A stretch of 63,562 nt of DNA, the filler included, from Octopus bimaculoides (taxonomy: Eukaryota): the NCBI RefSeq assembly GCF_001194135.2. It is 7 parts of 7 records of this genome, joined end to end, with 100 filler letters (N's around TTAATTAATTAA, not from the genome) between each part and the next. Parts side by side here need not be neighbours in the genome. Positions count along the whole stretch, not along the records: positions 61,900 to 63,562 come from NC_069005.1; 6 more parts are not named here. The stretch is one strand, 5' to 3'. The notes under the pieces were generated by a model that worked only from the letters and a program-made list of their open reading frames with translations, was not told the origin of the DNA and searched no databases. A program made the translations under genes and the position numbers. Shown here one piece after another: positions 63,061 to 63,562 of the stretch; the first letter of the stretch is position 1, and each line of letters opens with the position of its first letter.

Positions 63061-63380
63061 CGGTGGAGTAAAGTTACTTCGGAAATCCATCGCTGGTATT
63101 CGCGATCGTACACTTTCGGTCCTTACCCATCATTAATGACCAGAGGTCAGGACAGTTTCGGTTATGGAAGATTAGATTGAAAGAGTGGAAAAAAATGAAG
63201 ATAAAAGAAAAAAAACAAAACTCCAAAATACAGTGAAATATTTTAGAACGAAGTAATACGTTGTGTAAAATTGACCAAAATCTCAAAATTCTTCCAGTCA
63301 GATTTCTAAAGAAATACATTCCTGTTGTCCTTCCATTCTAATTATATTTTCAGTGGCATCACATTTAATCGATGGTATGT

Positions 63381-63424
<44 letters not shown>

Positions 63425-63562
63425 CGTGTGCGTATGCTTACGTGTGTGTGTGTGTGTGCCATGCGTGTATATGCTTGTGTGTGCTAGTATGTGTTTCTGA
63501 AAGTGTGTTTTTAATCACAAATTCACATTCACAGAAAAGTATGAGTATATATATATATATAT

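Overview
This is a repeat-saturated, gap-rich eukaryotic scaffold segment. The SINE, LINE and microsatellite complement looks like an Octopus-type cephalopod genome (inference from repeat content, no database search). I cannot identify a host protein-coding gene with confidence, and most ORFs in the track are microsatellite or N-gap artefacts. Recognisable content: a decayed Tc1 (DD34E) transposon; a Gypsy-like LTR with PBS; an L1/Tx1-like ORF1; about nine R4/Dong non-LTR pieces that mostly abut (TAA)n tracts; Penelope-like (PLE) RT and GIY-YIG fragments; RTE and CR1/Jockey-like LINE remnants; at least five SINE-like families; and several fold-back MITEs. The most interesting signal is a set of at least six type-I hammerhead ribozyme (HHR) motifs of the PLE-associated kind. 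Two of them (46.8-47.4 kb) face each other, keep intact catalytic cores and carry unusually long (65-73 nt) stem-II inserts. There is also an in-frame junction of a PLE GIY-YIG fragment to an R4 zinc-knuckle segment. Six 100-bp N44-TTAATTAATTAA-N44 blocks are assembly join markers, so adjacency across them is unverified. SINE and LINE fragment boundaries are approximate (read by eye).
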